A stretch of 34,564 nucleotides of DNA from a virus (lineage: Duplodnaviria; Caudoviricetes), in the IMG/VR virus record IMGVR_UViG_3300037311_000481, positions 1-34,564 of that record; one strand, written 5' to 3'. Of the stretch, positions 32,229 to 34,564 are shown piece by piece (the first letter of the stretch is position 1; the number at the start of each line of letters is the position of its first letter). The notes beneath the pieces were generated by a model that worked only from the letters and a program-made list of their open reading frames with translations, was not told where the DNA came from and did no database searches. The position numbers and the translations under genes are program-made.

Positions 32229-34232
32229 TCAGTCCTCGACCAGCCGCAGGTGCCGCCCGATCGCCGCCGCGAAGCGCTCCGATTCCGGCGCGACGGCGAG
32301 CGGCGCGGGTGCGGGAATGTCGATCACGGGGGCGAGCGCCTGCGCCGCGCCGCCGCGCGGGCGGATCGGCCGCGCGACGTTCGAGGGCGTCATCACCGGC
32401 ATCGGCGCCGTCGGCAGCATCGCCGCCAGCTCGGCCGGGGTGAGCAGCCGCTCGAGTTCGGCAGCGCGCTTCGCCGCGCGCTTGTAATCGGCGTGCATCT
32501 TCGCGGTGCGGCGCGCGGCCTCGGCGTCGAAGAAGCCGGTTTTCTGCCAGACGGGGGCCGAGGCGACGTAATCGCCCCGTTCGTCATAGACGTGGACGTC
32601 GTCGTGCAGCCGGTCGGGGTCGAACCGCACCGTCACCCGCTGCCCGGCGACGCGCGCGAGCTCGGGCGACCAGTAGCTGTTGCCGAAGACCGAGACCGCA
32701 CCGGTCTCGCGGTCGGCGCGCACCTGATCGGCGGCGAGCAGCGCGAGGCGCAGCTGCGCCGGGGTCGCTTTTCCGACCGGCGACGCGGCGTAGCTCGCAG
32801 CGAAGACCTCGTCGAAGCTGTAGCGGCCCTGCGCGGTCTCGGTGTCGCGCCGGGTGCGGGCGTTGTGCTCGGCGATCCCGGCGTTGACGACGCCGACGAA
32901 GACGTCCCAGTCGATTTCTTTCGAGCCGTAGTTCGCGGGCTTGTTGTCGGGCCGGTTGCCCGTCCACGCGCCCGCGAGGTGCAGGTTTTTCGCGACCTCG
33001 TTGCAGAGGTCGCGGAAACCCCGCTCGATCGGCTTCGACTGCCCGGCGTAGGGCCGCGCCCAGTGGATATCGATGCCGAGCAGCGCGAGGATGCCGAGCG
33101 GCTCCTCCTCGCGGACCTTGAAGCGGTAGCGGGTCTTCGCGCCGCCCGAAATCCACTTCGACGCGAAGGCGCGGCCGTTGTCCATCAGCACGCCCTGCGG
33201 CACGCCGACGTCGGCGATCAGGTCAGCGAAGGCGAGGCGGGTGAGGACCGCGCTTTCGGTCTCGCCGATGCGCCACGCGAGGAAGCGCCGCGAATAGAGG
33301 TCCTGGATTGCGACCATCACCGGCCGCACGGTCCGGCCGTCCGGCGTCTTCACGAAGACGTCCCATGTGTGGCCGTCGACGTTCACCGCCTGCCCCGCGT
33401 GCAGCTCGAGCACCGAGCGCTGCTGCGCCGGGATCATGTCGCGCAGCGCATCCTCGCCGCGGCGTTTCAGGACCTGCACGGCGAGCGGCACGTCACGGTC
33501 CATCCGCCGCTGCAGCGTCTTCAGGTGCGGGACCGCGAGGCCGTTCGCGGCCGCGACCTGTTTCGCGACGCGGAAGGCGTGCGCCATCGTCGGCCGCTCG
33601 GGCCGCAGCCAGTCGCTCTTGAACGCCTGCCAGACGAGGTCGTCCATCTCCGCGGTGCGCCCGCCGCCGCGGCTGCGCGGCGCGAGGCGCGCGAGCCGGT
33701 CGCCGCTGCCGGGGTCGCCAGCTGCGGCGAGCCACTCCCACAGCGTCGAGGTCGACGTGCCCGCGTCGGCGGCGGCTTGCGCGACGGCGGCCGTGCCGCT
33801 CGCGCCCGCGCGCCGCAGCCGCTCGACCGCTTCGACGGCGGCGAGGCGGCGGCGCGCGGTCGCCTTCGCGCTGTCCGGCTGCCGCTCGAACCACGCCCAC
33901 AGCGACGCGGCGGCGGCGGCGGGGCTCGCGGCGGCTTCGTCGTTCGCGGGGACGGGTGCGGCGTCGCAACGCGCGCCCTGCGCGAGGCCGCGCCGCACGA
34001 GTTCGGCGCGCGCGGCGGCGGGGAGCAGGTCGACATGATATTCGACGCCGCCGCCGCGGCCTTTGCGGGTGCGCGCGAGCGGGTTGCCGGTCGCGGTGCA
34101 GTGCTTCAGCGCCCAGCGTTCGGCATCGGCGCGCAGGTTCACCTTGCGCTTCGCCGACGGCAGGCCGGGCAGCCGCGCGGCCGCGAGTTCGGCGGCCGTC
34201 CACCACGAGCGCAGCACCGCCGTCTCGATCAT
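32229..34232 (-). CDS. MuA-like DDE transposase
   Basis: Mu HTH (WWTAAEL...GRGGGVEYH), VDGH, MDNGRAF, KPIERGF, VRFDPDRLH; ATGA-coupled start at 34232. Confidence 0.96.
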   Translation of the reverse strand: MIETAVLRSWWTAAELAAARLPGLPSAKRKVNLRADAERWALKHCTATGNPLARTRKGRGGGVEYHVDLLPAAARAELVRRGLAQGARCDAAPVPANDEAAASPAAAAASLWAWFERQPDSAKATARRRLAAVEAVERLRRAGASGTAAVAQAAADAGTSTSTLWEWLAAAGDPGSGDRLARLAPRSRGGGRTAEMDDLVWQAFKSDWLRPERPTMAHAFRVAKQVAAANGLAVPHLKTLQRRMDRDVPLAVQVLKRRGEDALRDMIPAQQRSVLELHAGQAVNVDGHTWDVFVKTPDGRTVRPVMVAIQDLYSRRFLAWRIGETESAVLTRLAFADLIADVGVPQGVLMDNGRAFASKWISGGAKTRYRFKVREEEPLGILALLGIDIHWARPYAGQSKPIERGFRDLCNEVAKNLHLAGAWTGNRPDNKPANYGSKEIDWDVFVGVVNAGIAEHNARTRRDTETAQGRYSFDEVFAASYAASPVGKATPAQLRLALLAADQVRADRETGAVSVFGNSYWSPELARVAGQRVTVRFDPDRLHDDVHVYDERGDYVASAPVWQKTGFFDAEAARRTAKMHADYKRAAKRAAELERLLTPAELAAMLPTAPMPVMTPSNVARPIRPRGGAAQALAPVIDIPAPAPLAVAPESERFAAAIGRHLRLVED

Positions 34233-34564
34233 GACCGCCCTCCCCGTGAAATCGGCCGCGCCGCCGCCTCGAGCTTCGCGAGCTCGCTGCTGATCTCGCG
34301 CCGCCGGGCGCGCAGGTGGCCGATGCGGGCGTTCAGCAGCTCCTCGCCGACGAGCAGCGACGCGCCGATCTCGCGCATCAGCGCGTCGAGGCAGTCGTAG
34401 CGCCCGGTGACGGCCGCGAGCGCGAACAGCCGGTGCGCCGGGACGGCATGGTCCTCGCGCGCCTCGCTCGCGTAGCTGTCGAGCATCCAGCGCGTGCAAT
34501 TCTCGCCGGTGAGCGCGGCGACGGCCCCCGCGATTTCCTCGCGGCTGCGCGGGTCGCCGTTCAG
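34229..34564 (-). CDS. Conserved early protein upstream of the transposase (5' truncated)
   Basis: Frame open to the window edge: SREEIAGAVAALTGE...MLDSYASEAREDH. Confidence 0.75.
   Translation of the reverse strand: MNGDPRSREEIAGAVAALTGENCTRWMLDSYASEAREDHAVPAHRLFALAAVTGRYDCLDALMREIGASLLVGEELLNARIGHLRARRREISSELAKLEAAARPISRGGRS

Larger units (their letters stand above)
50..34564 (-). mobile_element. Transposable Mu-like prophage (siphovirus-type tail); early end truncated by the window
   Basis: Mu gene order: transposase A, B, GemA, Mor, lysis, gp26-30, protease, gpT, gp36, G, tail, com/MTase; tail tube and long TMP but no sheath gene. Confidence 0.95.

Noticed and set aside
3670-34400. Very long plus-strand ORFs (e.g. 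3670..6774, 12372..16232, 22865..26803, 32250..34400)
   Set aside because: Arg/Ala-rich antisense shadows of high-GC3 minus-strand genes; no motifs
34233-34499. Longer N-terminus for the transposase (ORF track start 34499); likewise longer starts for MuB, gp36, Mor and others
   Set aside because: The extensions overlap upstream genes and read as shadow; ATGA/TGATG-coupled starts were preferred

Overview
Almost the whole window (about 50..34564) is one GC-rich, transposable Mu-like prophage with a long non-contractile tail. Essentially all genes are on the minus strand. Read right to left, it contains: a truncated early gene, a MuA-type DDE transposase, a MuB-type ATPase and small early genes (including a DnaA domain-IV-like protein and a wHTH gene split at a C10 tract). 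Next come a C4/CI-like RNA plus BRO-N antirepressor cassette, GemA and Mor/C, the lysis cassette, terminase, portal, MuF, protease/scaffold and capsid. These are followed by a putative neck-fibre esterase module, tail genes (G/GT frameshift, tape measure, tip protein ending in a Hint domain) and, at the mom position, a Dam-like MTase, Com and a C5 cytosine MTase that appears to be encoded in two overlapping frames. A probable phage end (TG plus two 22-bp-spaced repeats) lies at about position 50. The repressor and the other end are beyond the right edge. An alphaproteobacterial, probably sphingomonad, host is an inference. All family calls come from motif recognition by eye; no database searches were run.
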